Assembly (NCBI GenBank): GCA_016203945.1
Contig: JACQLT010000002.1
Coordinates: forward strand, 157,189 to 221,188
Direction: 5' to 3'
DNA length: 64,000 nucleotides
DNA from: Parcubacteria group bacterium
GTDB lineage: Bacteria; Patescibacteriota; Minisyncoccia; Minisyncoccales; UBA10102
In this document: positions 33,705-42,793 of the stretch, piece by piece
How positions within the stretch are numbered: the first letter of the stretch is position 1
Layout: each line of letters begins with the position of its first letter
Translations under genes and position numbers: made by a program
The notes under the pieces: model-generated
Databases searched by the model: none
What the model saw: only the letters and a program-made list of their open reading frames with translations
What the model was told of the DNA's origin: nothing

Positions 33705-34268
33705 TTAGCTGCGCATCAGCTTCAGGGCTTTTTTCACACGCTCTTCCAGAGGACGAGAAGCATCTTCTGAAGAAAGCTGGGAAACGGCTTGCCGCGCCCG
33801 CTGCCTTGGAAATCCCAGGGCAACCAATGCGTCTATCATTTCTTTGTCTTCTTCCTGCTTTCCCAGAGTTTTGAGTTTCCCCGTCAGCTCCAGAATTATT
33901 TTCTGAATCTTTTTTTGTCCCAATCCGTGCACGCCCTTAAAATACGAGGCGTCTTCCTTTGAAATTGCTTCGTTCAGTCGCTCCCTGCTTCCCAAAGAAG
34001 TGATGGCAAGGGCTGCCTTGGGCCCGATGCCAGAAATGTCCGTGAGTTGCTCAAATAGCTCAAGGTTTGCCGGGGATTCCACGCCGTACAACTCCAGGGT
34101 TTCGTCCTTTCTGAGATAGAGGTAGCAATAGAACTCGGCCACCGAGCCCACACCCACCCGGGAGAGGAGCGCTCCTCCTAGGAATATTTTGTACCCTACC
34201 CCGCCTGCCTCTGATATGATATAGTCAGAACCCTTGGCAATAATCGTGCCCTTGAGATAGGAAATCAT
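33705..34268 (-). CDS. ruvA: Holliday junction helicase subunit RuvA
   Basis: Contains MISYLKGTIIAKGSDYIISEAGGVGYKIF and HhH motifs (ISGIGPKAA; VHGLGQKK). Confidence 0.9.
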   Translation of the reverse strand: MISYLKGTIIAKGSDYIISEAGGVGYKIFLGGALLSRVGVGSVAEFYCYLYLRKDETLELYGVESPANLELFEQLTDISGIGPKAALAITSLGSRERLNEAISKEDASYFKGVHGLGQKKIQKIILELTGKLKTLGKQEEDKEMIDALVALGFPRQRARQAVSQLSSEDASRPLEERVKKALKLMRS

Positions 34269-34282
34269 GGCTTTATTCTATC

Positions 34283-36364
34283 ATGGAATTCCGCCTTGTA
34301 TCCAGCTACAAACCGACCGGAGATCAACCCGAGGCAATCCGTCAGCTCACAAAAAATCTTAAGATTGGGGCAAAACACCAGACGCTTTTGGGCGTGACAG
34401 GGTCTGGCAAGACATTCACTATGTCCAACGTCATCGCCCAGACCCAGCGCCCCACACTCGTCATCTCCCCCAACAAGACCCTGGCTGCCCAGCTCTACCA
34501 GGAGTTCAAAGAGTTCTTCCCCAACAGCGGGGTCCACTATTTCGTTTCCTATTACGACTACTATCAGCCAGAGGCCTACATTCCGCAAACAGACACCTAT
34601 ATTGAAAAAGACGCGAAAATAAATGAGGTGCTTGACCGCTTGCGCCACGAGGCCGTTCAAGACGTGCTCTCGCGCAGAGACGTTATAGTGGTAGCTTCCA
34701 TATCCTGCATCTATAGCATCGGGTCTCCTGAAGAATACCGGAGGGTCTCTCTTGGGCTGAAAGAGGGCCAGAAGATGACCCGCAAGGAACTTCTTTCAGC
34801 CCTGACTTCTCTCCAGTACCAGCGCAGCGACGCGGACTTAAAACCTGGAACGTTCCGGGTCAGGGGAGAAATCATTGACTTGTATTTGGTGACCGGCAAA
34901 GAAATCCTGAGGTTTGAAATGGCGGGGTCAACGATAGGGAAAATAACGAAAAGCTACGCGGATCATGAAGAGCCGGGCACGGCTCTTTCTTCCTGCACCG
35001 TGTATCCCGGAAAATTCTGGGTTGCAGAAGAGGAACGCCTCAAGGTTGCCATGGCGAACATTCGCCTTGAACTCCAGGAACGGCTTCAAGAACTCAAAAA
35101 ACAGGGAAAACTCCTGGAAGCGGAGCGCCTGGAACAGCGCACAAACTATGATCTTGAGATGATAGCTGAATCCGGATACTGCCACGGCATTGAAAACTAT
35201 TCTCGCCATCTTGAGTTCCGAAAGCAAGGAGACCCTCCGTTCACGCTTCTGGACTATTTCCCTGCCTCGCCAGCTCGCCTCGCTGAAGCTCCGGCGAAGC
35301 GGGCAGGCGGGCCCAAGGACCTCCTCGTATTCCTTGACGAAAGCCATCTTACTCTTCCCCAGCTGCAGGCGATGTCCGCGCAGGACCGCATGCGCAAAGA
35401 ATCTCTCGTGGAGCACGGATTCAGGCTGCCTTCTGCGATAGACAACCGGCCGCTGAGAAAAGAAGAGTTTTTTGCCAGGGCCCCTCAGGTAACATACGTG
35501 TCCGCGACTCCAGGGGCGTTTGAGAAACAGATGTCCGGCCCATTTGTGGCAGAACAGCTTATCCGCCCCACCCTGCTCTTAGAACCCGTCGTAGAAATAA
35601 GGACGACGAAGAACCAGCTCTCAGACCTTCTTAAGGAAATCCAGGGGCTCGCGCAGAAGAAACAGCGCACGCTCGTGGTCACGCTTACCAAACGCCTCGC
35701 AGAAGACATCGCAGACCATCTTGCAAAAGCAGGAGTCAGTGTGCAGTGGATGCACTCTGAAGTAAAGACGCTGGATCGTCCTCACATCCTAGAAAGCTTC
35801 AGGAGAGGAACATACGACGTACTCGTTGGCATCAACCTTCTGCGCGAGGGCTTGGATCTTCCCGAGGTCGCGCTTGTCGCGATTTTGGACGCCGACAAGG
35901 AGGGATTTCTGCGCAACGAAACAACGCTCATCCAGACCATGGGAAGGGCGGCCCGGCACCAAGAGGGCAGAGCCATTTTGTATGCCGACACGATTACGGG
36001 TTCCATGCAACGGGCACTCAAAGAAATCTCCAGGAGGAGAAAAATTCAGGAGGAGTACAACAAAGAGCATGGAGGGGTGCCACAGGCAATCGTGAAAGAA
36101 ATCCGAAAGTGGGAACTCGGGACAAAAGAAAAAGCAACTCTGGCTGAGTTCGCGGCGGTCCAGGACGTTCAGGTCCTGCAACAAGAGATGAGGACGGCCG
36201 CCTCAAGCCTGGATTTTGAACGGGCTGCCGAAATTCGGGACTTGATAAAAAAAGTGAAGGGTGATACAAATACGGGGTATGGCAAATACAACATCGGCCC
36301 AGAAGGCGTTGCGGCAAAGCGTCAAAAGGAGAAAGATAAACCTGGCAAAAAAAGCCGGGGTTAA
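34283..36364 (+). CDS. uvrB: Excinuclease ABC subunit B
   Basis: Contains GVTGSGKTFT, YYDYYQPEAY, helicase motifs and a C-terminal UVR motif (FERAAEIRDLI). The last ~29 codons overlap the rpsT start out of frame. Confidence 0.95.
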   Translation: MEFRLVSSYKPTGDQPEAIRQLTKNLKIGAKHQTLLGVTGSGKTFTMSNVIAQTQRPTLVISPNKTLAAQLYQEFKEFFPNSGVHYFVSYYDYYQPEAYIPQTDTYIEKDAKINEVLDRLRHEAVQDVLSRRDVIVVASISCIYSIGSPEEYRRVSLGLKEGQKMTRKELLSALTSLQYQRSDADLKPGTFRVRGEIIDLYLVTGKEILRFEMAGSTIGKITKSYADHEEPGTALSSCTVYPGKFWVAEEERLKVAMANIRLELQERLQELKKQGKLLEAERLEQRTNYDLEMIAESGYCHGIENYSRHLEFRKQGDPPFTLLDYFPASPARLAEAPAKRAGGPKDLLVFLDESHLTLPQLQAMSAQDRMRKESLVEHGFRLPSAIDNRPLRKEEFFARAPQVTYVSATPGAFEKQMSGPFVAEQLIRPTLLLEPVVEIRTTKNQLSDLLKEIQGLAQKKQRTLVVTLTKRLAEDIADHLAKAGVSVQWMHSEVKTLDRPHILESFRRGTYDVLVGINLLREGLDLPEVALVAILDADKEGFLRNETTLIQTMGRAARHQEGRAILYADTITGSMQRALKEISRRRKIQEEYNKEHGGVPQAIVKEIRKWELGTKEKATLAEFAAVQDVQVLQQEMRTAASSLDFERAAEIRDLIKKVKGDTNTGYGKYNIGPEGVAAKRQKEKDKPGKKSRG

Positions 36365-36542
36365 AAGACTCAGAAAAGAATTGGAAGCTCTACTTCAAAA
36401 AAAAGAAATTCAGCAGGCCGAAGCTCTTCTCCAACAGGCCTACAAGTCGATTGATAAGGCGGCAAAAACCGGAGTACTTAAAAAGAATACTGCTGCGAGA
36501 AAAAAGTCTCGTCTGGCCCGCCTCCTGAAAACACGTTCGTAA
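36279..36542 (+). CDS. rpsT: Ribosomal protein S20
   Basis: From ATG 36279 it reads MANTTSAQKALRQSVKRRKINLAKK... Confidence 0.9.
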   Translation: MANTTSAQKALRQSVKRRKINLAKKAGVKRLRKELEALLQKKEIQQAEALLQQAYKSIDKAAKTGVLKKNTAARKKSRLARLLKTRS

Positions 36543-37413
36543 GAAGGGTATCCAGGGCGGCTTCGGGTTCCATCTGGCCCGTCTTCATTGCGAAATCCGC
36601 TTGGAGTAAGAGCCCATGCATGTTCTTTAACTCTTCTGAAGAAAAGTTTGCGGCGTCTCTGGCTTTCCACCCCGAACCCTGTTCTTTCGCCTCTAAAAGG
36701 CTCCGAACCTGGAAGTGAAGCATGGAGAGAAGGTACACGGGCGACTCCCCCTTTGCAATGTGTCTGTGAAGAAGGCTGAACGCCTTCGTTTTGTTTTTTG
36801 CCGCAATCGAATTCAGCATAACGAAGATGTCTCCTACGAGAGCTGCTTCCGGAATAATCATAGCCACATCTTGCTTCTCTACGGTCTGGCCCTGCTTGAA
36901 TGCGGCAAGCTTTGCCAATTCCTGGGACAGGCGCCAGAGATCATGTCCGGCTTCTTGCATCAAGAGAGTCCTCGCGTCTTTTGCAATCTCAACTCCGAGC
37001 GCCTTCCCCTCCCTCACAATCCACCGATCAAGTGCTGCAGCATCCAGTTCCTTATATTCGTGCACGGTTGCAACCTTCTGCAACGCTTTTAGCAAAGAAT
37101 CTGATGCAAGGATTTTCCCCCGCTCAAGCAGCACAAGAATGAGGGAGGGGTTCTTGGCTAACGACTCGACCGAATTCGCAATGTGTTCCTTAAACTCCTT
37201 GATGCCGAATACATCCTCTAGGACGAGAAGTTTCTTCTCCTGGAAAAGCGAGTGGCTCTGCAGCTCATTTCTCAGCTCTTCTAAACTGATTTGTTCCACT
37301 CCCAACCTTTTTGCGCTAAACCCGGTCTTCCCGGAGGCTCCGTACGCTTCCCAGATCTCCCACAGCTTCTTTCGCGCCAAGTATTCTTCTTTCCCGTAGA
37401 GAAGGATAATCAT
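36478..37413 (-). CDS. holA: DNA polymerase III delta subunit
   Basis: 311 aa. It begins MIILLYGKEEYL and has the length and helical C-terminal pattern typical of HolA. There is a 65-nt convergent overlap with rpsT. Confidence 0.75.
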   Translation of the reverse strand: MIILLYGKEEYLARKKLWEIWEAYGASGKTGFSAKRLGVEQISLEELRNELQSHSLFQEKKLLVLEDVFGIKEFKEHIANSVESLAKNPSLILVLLERGKILASDSLLKALQKVATVHEYKELDAAALDRWIVREGKALGVEIAKDARTLLMQEAGHDLWRLSQELAKLAAFKQGQTVEKQDVAMIIPEAALVGDIFVMLNSIAAKNKTKAFSLLHRHIAKGESPVYLLSMLHFQVRSLLEAKEQGSGWKARDAANFSSEELKNMHGLLLQADFAMKTGQMEPEAALDTLLTNVFSGGGPDETFFSQQYSF

Positions 37414-37417
37414 AGTA

Positions 37418-39631
37418 TTACAGCTCCGCCCAACTGGTCGCCTGCGAAACCCTTACCAGCAGCGGCGGATCAAACGATACCACCTCTTCCATCGCCTTCT
37501 TGATGGGAAGCATATAATTCTGCGCTTTTGTGTCCGGGCATTCCAGAAGCAGTTCGTCGTGCACCTGGAGCAGCATACGGCATTCTGAATTGGAGTTCAA
37601 TACGAGCTCTTGAACCCGCACCATCGCCATTTTCATGATGTCGGCTGCCGTACCTTGCGCCGGCATGTTTATTGCCATGCGTTCAGCAGCCGCCCTTATT
37701 TGAGGGGTCGGGGAATTCACGTCGGGCAAAAATCGCTTTCTCCCAAACATGGTTTCCACGTATCCATGCTTTCTCGCAAACTCTTTGGTCTCTTCCATAT
37801 ACCTCAAGATGCCGGGGAATCTGAGGAAGTACTGGTCAATGAAATCTTGGGCCTCTTGCAACGGAATGCCAGAAGACCTCGCAAATCCCCGAGCTCCCAT
37901 GCCGTACAGCACTCCGAAGTTCAGGGCCTTTGCCCGAAAGCGCATCTCTTGAGAAACATCTCCGGGAGCGATGCCGAACACTTCGGCTGCCGTCATGGCG
38001 TGAATATCAAGGCCTTTCTCAAAAAACGTTTTCATTTTCTCTTCCTTTGCGAGGGCTGCTGCAATGCGAAGCTCCATTTGGGAGTAGTCAAAAGAAAGGA
38101 GGATATGATTTTTTTCTGCAATGAATCCTTTGCGGATTTTCTTTCCCCAGACGCCCTGCAAAGGAATATTTTGAAGATTTGGATTGGAGGAAGACAGACG
38201 GCCAGTCGCGGCCCCAAACTGATCGAAGCTGGTATGGATGCGGTCGTTCGCATCGGCTTTCTCCAGGAGCGGTAAGACATACGTGCTCAGGAGCTTCTTG
38301 AGTTCCCGGTATGCGACCACATGCGAGACGATCGGATGGAGATTATAGATTTTCTCCAGCTCGTCTGACGCCGTTGAAAACACGCCTCCCGGAGTTTTCT
38401 TCAACCCATTGGATGGGAGCCCCAGGGTTTGGAACAGCGCAACGGAGAGCTGTGCGGGGGAGTTCAGATTGAACTGCTGGCCGGCCATTGCGTATACTTC
38501 CTTCTCTATGCCTCGCATCTTCTCATCCATTTCTTGAGCGAGCTTCGTAAAGTACTTACGGTCTATCTTCATGCCCGCCTTCTCTATAGCTCCTAAGATT
38601 GGGATGAGTTTGCGCTCTAGTTCGGCTAACGCAGGAGGAAGCACTCCGCTCTCTTCTAATTGCTTAATTCTTGTTTCCAGGGTGGCTGAAGCATCTTCTT
38701 GCACCAAAAGAATCGGGGGTGCGGCGCCCTTATCCGCGATGAGCATAGGGAGCTTGTCCACGAGCGAAAAGAATTCCAGCTCTTTGAGCTTTTCCGCAGC
38801 TGCTCCCCTGTCGTATCCCTTCCACGCGCAATCCTTGAGCTGAAACTCCATGGGAACGTTCTGGTCTATGGTTCCCAGGTCTTTACTGATAAACGCGTCT
38901 TCTTTGGAGGCCAAGAGCGTTGTCCTGAGCCTTGGAGAAATATTTTCTGTTTCTTTTTTTTCTATCTTTTTATAGATGTTTTCTAGAGATCCAAATTGAG
39001 AAAGAAGTGTGATCGCTGTTTTTTCTCCCACTCCGCGAACCCCTGGAATATTATCTGAAGGGTCTCCGTGCAATCCTTTGTAATCCGGAAGTTGAGAGGG
39101 GAGGAGACCCGAAAACCGTTCTTGCACGGCCTTCTTATTAAACAACGCTACGTCTTGCAATCCTCTGCGGGCGGCAAACACCTTTACTTGATCGTTCACC
39201 AGCTGGAGCGCGTCCATGTCCCCTGAGGCAATGATGATTCCCAGTTTTGGGTACGCCTGAGCTCTCTGCGCCTTCTTTGCGATTGTGCCGATGAGATCGT
39301 CCGCCTCAAATCCCTGCTTCTCATACACGGGAATGCCCAGCACGGCGAGCAGTTCTTTTACGCGCGGCATTTGGGCGTAGAGCTCATCCGGGGCTTTTAC
39401 GCGTTTTGCCTTGTATCCCGCATACGCTCTGTGGCGTTTTGTGGGGCCCGGCATATCAAAAGTTGCCGCAATATATTCCGGATGGAATTCTTTGATTGCC
39501 TTGAAGAGCACAAGAAGAAATCCGTACGCGGCGTTGGTAAGCTCGCCTGTTCTTGTGCGAAACGGCGGCAACGCATGAAATGCCCGGTGGATAAGGGAGT
39601 TCGCGTCAATGATAAGAAGGCGTTGTTTCAT
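37418..39631 (-). CDS. polA: DNA polymerase I (5' nuclease plus polymerase, short/absent 3'-5' exo region)
   Basis: 737 aa. Contains LLIIDANSLIHRAFHALP, GVRGVGEKTA, the motif A region LLSFDYSQMELRI, RFRAKALNFGVLYG and QVHDELLLE. Confidence 0.95.
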   Translation of the reverse strand: MKQRLLIIDANSLIHRAFHALPPFRTRTGELTNAAYGFLLVLFKAIKEFHPEYIAATFDMPGPTKRHRAYAGYKAKRVKAPDELYAQMPRVKELLAVLGIPVYEKQGFEADDLIGTIAKKAQRAQAYPKLGIIIASGDMDALQLVNDQVKVFAARRGLQDVALFNKKAVQERFSGLLPSQLPDYKGLHGDPSDNIPGVRGVGEKTAITLLSQFGSLENIYKKIEKKETENISPRLRTTLLASKEDAFISKDLGTIDQNVPMEFQLKDCAWKGYDRGAAAEKLKELEFFSLVDKLPMLIADKGAAPPILLVQEDASATLETRIKQLEESGVLPPALAELERKLIPILGAIEKAGMKIDRKYFTKLAQEMDEKMRGIEKEVYAMAGQQFNLNSPAQLSVALFQTLGLPSNGLKKTPGGVFSTASDELEKIYNLHPIVSHVVAYRELKKLLSTYVLPLLEKADANDRIHTSFDQFGAATGRLSSSNPNLQNIPLQGVWGKKIRKGFIAEKNHILLSFDYSQMELRIAAALAKEEKMKTFFEKGLDIHAMTAAEVFGIAPGDVSQEMRFRAKALNFGVLYGMGARGFARSSGIPLQEAQDFIDQYFLRFPGILRYMEETKEFARKHGYVETMFGRKRFLPDVNSPTPQIRAAAERMAINMPAQGTAADIMKMAMVRVQELVLNSNSECRMLLQVHDELLLECPDTKAQNYMLPIKKAMEEVVSFDPPLLVRVSQATSWAEL

Positions 39632-40071
39632 ATGCGTCTCTTTTTCTCTTTCTCTTTAAGAGCGATGGTCCTGGCGTTTTTCTTGGCTGCGTAAGAAAAG
39701 CGCAGAACAATGGCGTCTTTGGGAAGAAGCCGGGCTATGTGCCCTGGCCATTCAAGCACTACGATATTACTTGGGTCTTTCACGATATCCTTCCACCCGA
39801 CAGAGAGCAAATCCGCGGGTTTACGAATCCTATAGCAGTCTATATGAAAGAACGATCTGAAATGAGATTGCTTGGGGATGACCGAGCGCCTGGATATGAT
39901 AAATGTGGGGCTTAATATCCGCTCTCGTATCCCCAGGCCCTGGGCAAAGCCCTGGACAAAGGTGGTTTTTCCGGCTCCGAGCTCTCCTTGTAGCGCAAGA
40001 ACAAGCGCACGGCCTGCCTGCCGGCCAGGTAGGCGCGAGGCGGGAGACCCAAACACTGCTTTCGCAAACAT
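39628..40071 (-). CDS. tsaE: tRNA t6A biosynthesis ATPase TsaE
   Basis: From ATG 40071 it contains LQGELGAGKTTFVQGFAQGLGI and HIDCYR. I trimmed the track's N-terminal extension. Confidence 0.85.
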   Translation of the reverse strand: MFAKAVFGSPASRLPGRQAGRALVLALQGELGAGKTTFVQGFAQGLGIRERILSPTFIISRRSVIPKQSHFRSFFHIDCYRIRKPADLLSVGWKDIVKDPSNIVVLEWPGHIARLLPKDAIVLRFSYAAKKNARTIALKEKEKKRRI

Positions 40072-40146
40072 TGTTCCGAGTTTTCGAGTCTTTGCAGCTG
40101 ATGATGTCGTTGACTTTGCCACAAGGTGTGATAGCGTTAGCGATAT

Positions 40147-40350
40147 ATGGCGGACCAAAAAGGAAAAACGTTCTCTATTATCCTCCGGGGACTGGCCCCT
40201 CACGTCTCGCAGGTCTCGTACGAACGGAATGCCGATGATTTGTCTCTCTATCTTGGGCTGAAAGAGGGGGATCTGAAGCCGGAGCACCTGGTCATCAAAC
40301 GGGGGGGTTCTGACCTCACCATCATTCTAACGAAGCCCGAGGCAAAATGA
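40147..40350 (+). CDS. Hypothetical 67-aa protein translationally coupled to the secretion ATPase
   Basis: Its stop overlaps the downstream ATG (ATGA at 40347-40350). It has no motif and no clear SD. Confidence 0.3.
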   Translation: MADQKGKTFSIILRGLAPHVSQVSYERNADDLSLYLGLKEGDLKPEHLVIKRGGSDLTIILTKPEAK

Positions 40351-41660
40351 AAATAGGGGCGGGAGAAGAGCGACAACGTCTAACTGGGGAAGTTCGCGTG
40401 GAACCCGCATTCCTCGCAGAGCTTGAAGAAAAATTGAAGGGTGGGGAGTCCGTTCTGGACGTTCTTAATGAAGCATTTGGAAAGGGGACGAGCGAGGTGG
40501 TGCGCGTGCTTCTGGGGACCGCCCTCACGCAGCAGGCCTCCGATATCCACATTGAACCTGGGAAAGAACATGCCCAGGTTCGTTTTCGCATGGACGGCCT
40601 GCTTCACGATATGGCCGTCGTCTCCCCTGCCCAGTACCAAGGAATTCTTTCTCGCATCAAACTGCTCTCCGCCCTCAAGCTCAACATCACAGACCGCGCG
40701 CAAGACGGCAGGTTCACCGTCGCTGCAGAACAGCTCATGGAAATCAGGGTGTCCAGCCTGCCCTCAGAATACGGGGAATCCCTGGTGCTGCGCGTGCTCA
40801 ACCCGAAAAATATCCTTTCTTTGGAGGAGCTGGGGCTCAGAAAAGATCTTCTTGAGATATTCCGCAAAGAGATCGCGAAGCCCAACGGCATGATCATCGT
40901 CACGGGTCCCACGGGAGCCGGCAAAACCACGACGCTGTACGCGTTTCTGCGGGAAATCAACGACCCCGAAATTAAGATCATCACCATTGAGGACCCTATT
41001 GAATACCATCTGGAAGGGATTTCCCAAACCCAGGTGCATCCTGAAAAAGGGTATATGTTCGCCTCGGGGCTCCGGGCAATTGTGCGCCAAGATCCAGACG
41101 CTATCTTGGTGGGAGAAATCCGGGACGCGGAAACCGCAGACATCGCCCTGCAGGCCTCGCTCACCGGACACCTGGTGCTCACCACGCTTCATACGAATGA
41201 CGCCGCAGGGACGATTACGAGATTGATAAGCTTGGGGGCAAAACCCGTGAACATAGCTCCGGCCCTGAACCTCGCCGTGGCTCAGCGGCTTGTGCGAAGA
41301 GTATGCAAGGGGTGCGCTTCGTTCAAAGAAATGACAAAAGAAGAGCTCGCTCAGGTCCGACAAGAGCTTGAGCATCTTCCTGCTGGAATGAAACCCAAGA
41401 TTGGGAGTACAATTAAAATAGCCCGGGCAAAGGGCTGTAAAGAGTGCGGCAAGAGCGGCTACCTGGGGAGGGTGGGGCTGTTTGAAGCAATCGTCATGGA
41501 TGACGAATTGCGGGAGCTCGTGCTGACATCTCCCTCCATCGCTCAACTGAAAAAGAGGGCGATTGAAAAGGGTATGATCACGTTGCGCCAAGACGGGATC
41601 CTGCTCGTACTCCAGGGCGTCACGACCATGGAAGAAATAGAGCGGGTGACCGCAGAATGA
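40347..41660 (+). CDS. GspE/PilB-family secretion/type IV pilus assembly ATPase
   Basis: Contains ASDIHIEP, Walker A GPTGAGKTTT, EDPIEY, the Asp/His boxes (VGEIRD; GHLVLTTLHTND) and a CxxC...CxxC Zn motif. Confidence 0.9.
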   Translation: MKIGAGEERQRLTGEVRVEPAFLAELEEKLKGGESVLDVLNEAFGKGTSEVVRVLLGTALTQQASDIHIEPGKEHAQVRFRMDGLLHDMAVVSPAQYQGILSRIKLLSALKLNITDRAQDGRFTVAAEQLMEIRVSSLPSEYGESLVLRVLNPKNILSLEELGLRKDLLEIFRKEIAKPNGMIIVTGPTGAGKTTTLYAFLREINDPEIKIITIEDPIEYHLEGISQTQVHPEKGYMFASGLRAIVRQDPDAILVGEIRDAETADIALQASLTGHLVLTTLHTNDAAGTITRLISLGAKPVNIAPALNLAVAQRLVRRVCKGCASFKEMTKEELAQVRQELEHLPAGMKPKIGSTIKIARAKGCKECGKSGYLGRVGLFEAIVMDDELRELVLTSPSIAQLKKRAIEKGMITLRQDGILLVLQGVTTMEEIERVTAE

Positions 41661-41664
41661 GAGG

Positions 41665-41795
41665 AAGTTTGTTGGGCTGGGGACCCATTTGGTTGTCGGA
41701 ACACAAATTTAGGATTATTCCGGGGAATGGCTCAGCATGACCCGTGCCACCCGCCAAAATAAGAGATAACCCCAGGTCCCCAGCTCAGCAAACTT
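41665..41795 (+). ncRNA. Candidate structured RNA (131 nt) closed by a 21-bp helix
   Basis: AAGTTTGTTGGGCTGGGGACC (41665-41685) pairs with GGTCCCCAGCTCAGCAAACTT (41775-41795). There are 19 Watson-Crick pairs plus 2 G-U pairs. The G-U pairs only work if the plus strand is the transcript. The interior can form at least one further hairpin (ATTTGGTTGT-CGGA-ACACAAAT). The class is unknown. Confidence 0.35.
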
Positions 41796-41822
41796 TCTTG
41801 ACCTTTCAAGTAATTATTATAC

Positions 41823-41828
41823 TATAAT
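41823..41828 (+). promoter_or_regulatory. Putative -10 box (TATAAT) 5 nt upstream of the ruvB ATG, with TTGACC at 41798-41803
   Basis: Reads TTGACC-N19-TATAAT-aaaaa-ATG. No SD is present. Confidence 0.4.
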
Positions 41829-41833
41829 AAAAA

Positions 41834-42793
41834 ATGATTGTCAAGGACCCTCCTCAACTCCGCCCTGCGACGTTCGCAGAGTACATAGGCCAAGAAAAAC
41901 TCAAGAACCAGCTCCGGGTCATCCTGGAAGCCGCGAAAAAGCGCGGAGAGCCCTTAGAGCACTTGCTGTTTTACGGCAACTCAGGACTTGGCAAGACCAC
42001 GCTCGCCCATGTGGTCGGAAACGACATAGGAGCTGCCCTGCACGCAGCAGCCGGCCCTTCGCTTGAGCGCACAGGAGACATTGCCTCTCTTCTTACCTCT
42101 CTTGAAGAAGGAGATATCCTCTTTCTGGACGAGTGCCACCGCGTGCCAAAGCCCGTACTGGAAATGCTCTACTCTGCCATGGAAGACTTCAAGCTCCATC
42201 TGGTGATCGGCAAGGGGCCCATGGCGCGCACCATGGAACTAGACATTCCCCGGTTCACGCTCATCGGAGCCACCACGCGCATGGCGCAGCTTCCGAGTCC
42301 GTTCCGAAACCGCTTTGGAGCAATATTCCATTTTTCCTTCTATACGCCAGACGATATGGAGCACATCGTAAAGCGCTCTGCATCCATTCTGGGCATGGAG
42401 TTGGGCAGCGAAGCTGTTCGCATGGTTGCCGCTTCCTCGCGCCTCACGCCGCGCGTTGCAAATCGCCTCTTGCGCCGCATACGGGACTTCGCAAGCATTG
42501 AGGAGGCGAAGATTACGGCGGATCTCGTAAAAAAAGCGCTTGAGTTTTTGGAAATTGACGAATGGGGATTGGAGCGGACCGACAGGCGCATCTTGGAGGT
42601 GCTCGTGCAGAAGTTCAAAGGAGGTCCTGTCGGGATTCAAGCCTTAGCTTCCGCTCTCTCTGAGGAAGAGGAGACCATTCTGGACGTATACGAACCCTTC
42701 CTCATGCGCCTCGGATTCATTGAACGAACTCCGAAGGGCAGAATGGCTACTCCCCTCGTATACAAACATCTACAACTTCCATTATTGGGATGA
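41834..42793 (+). CDS. ruvB: Holliday junction helicase RuvB
   Basis: Contains Walker A GNSGLGKTTLA, Walker B LFLDECHR, and sensor and winged-helix regions. Confidence 0.95.
   Translation: MIVKDPPQLRPATFAEYIGQEKLKNQLRVILEAAKKRGEPLEHLLFYGNSGLGKTTLAHVVGNDIGAALHAAAGPSLERTGDIASLLTSLEEGDILFLDECHRVPKPVLEMLYSAMEDFKLHLVIGKGPMARTMELDIPRFTLIGATTRMAQLPSPFRNRFGAIFHFSFYTPDDMEHIVKRSASILGMELGSEAVRMVAASSRLTPRVANRLLRRIRDFASIEEAKITADLVKKALEFLEIDEWGLERTDRRILEVLVQKFKGGPVGIQALASALSEEEETILDVYEPFLMRLGFIERTPKGRMATPLVYKHLQLPLLG

Noticed and set aside
40764-41591. 275-aa minus-strand ORF, and 193-aa ORF 40604-41185, opposite the GspE/PilB gene
   Set aside because: They are antisense shadows of a strongly motif-supported gene. 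The translations are Arg/Pro/His-rich with no motifs.
41665-41795. Possible small SRP (4.5S) RNA, because CAGCATGACCCGTGCC loosely resembles E. coli 4.5S CAGAUGACGCGUGUGCC
   Set aside because: There is no GGAA tetraloop closed by the conserved helix-8 context, and no AGCA/GGA symmetric-loop arrangement. I kept it only as an unclassified structured-RNA candidate.
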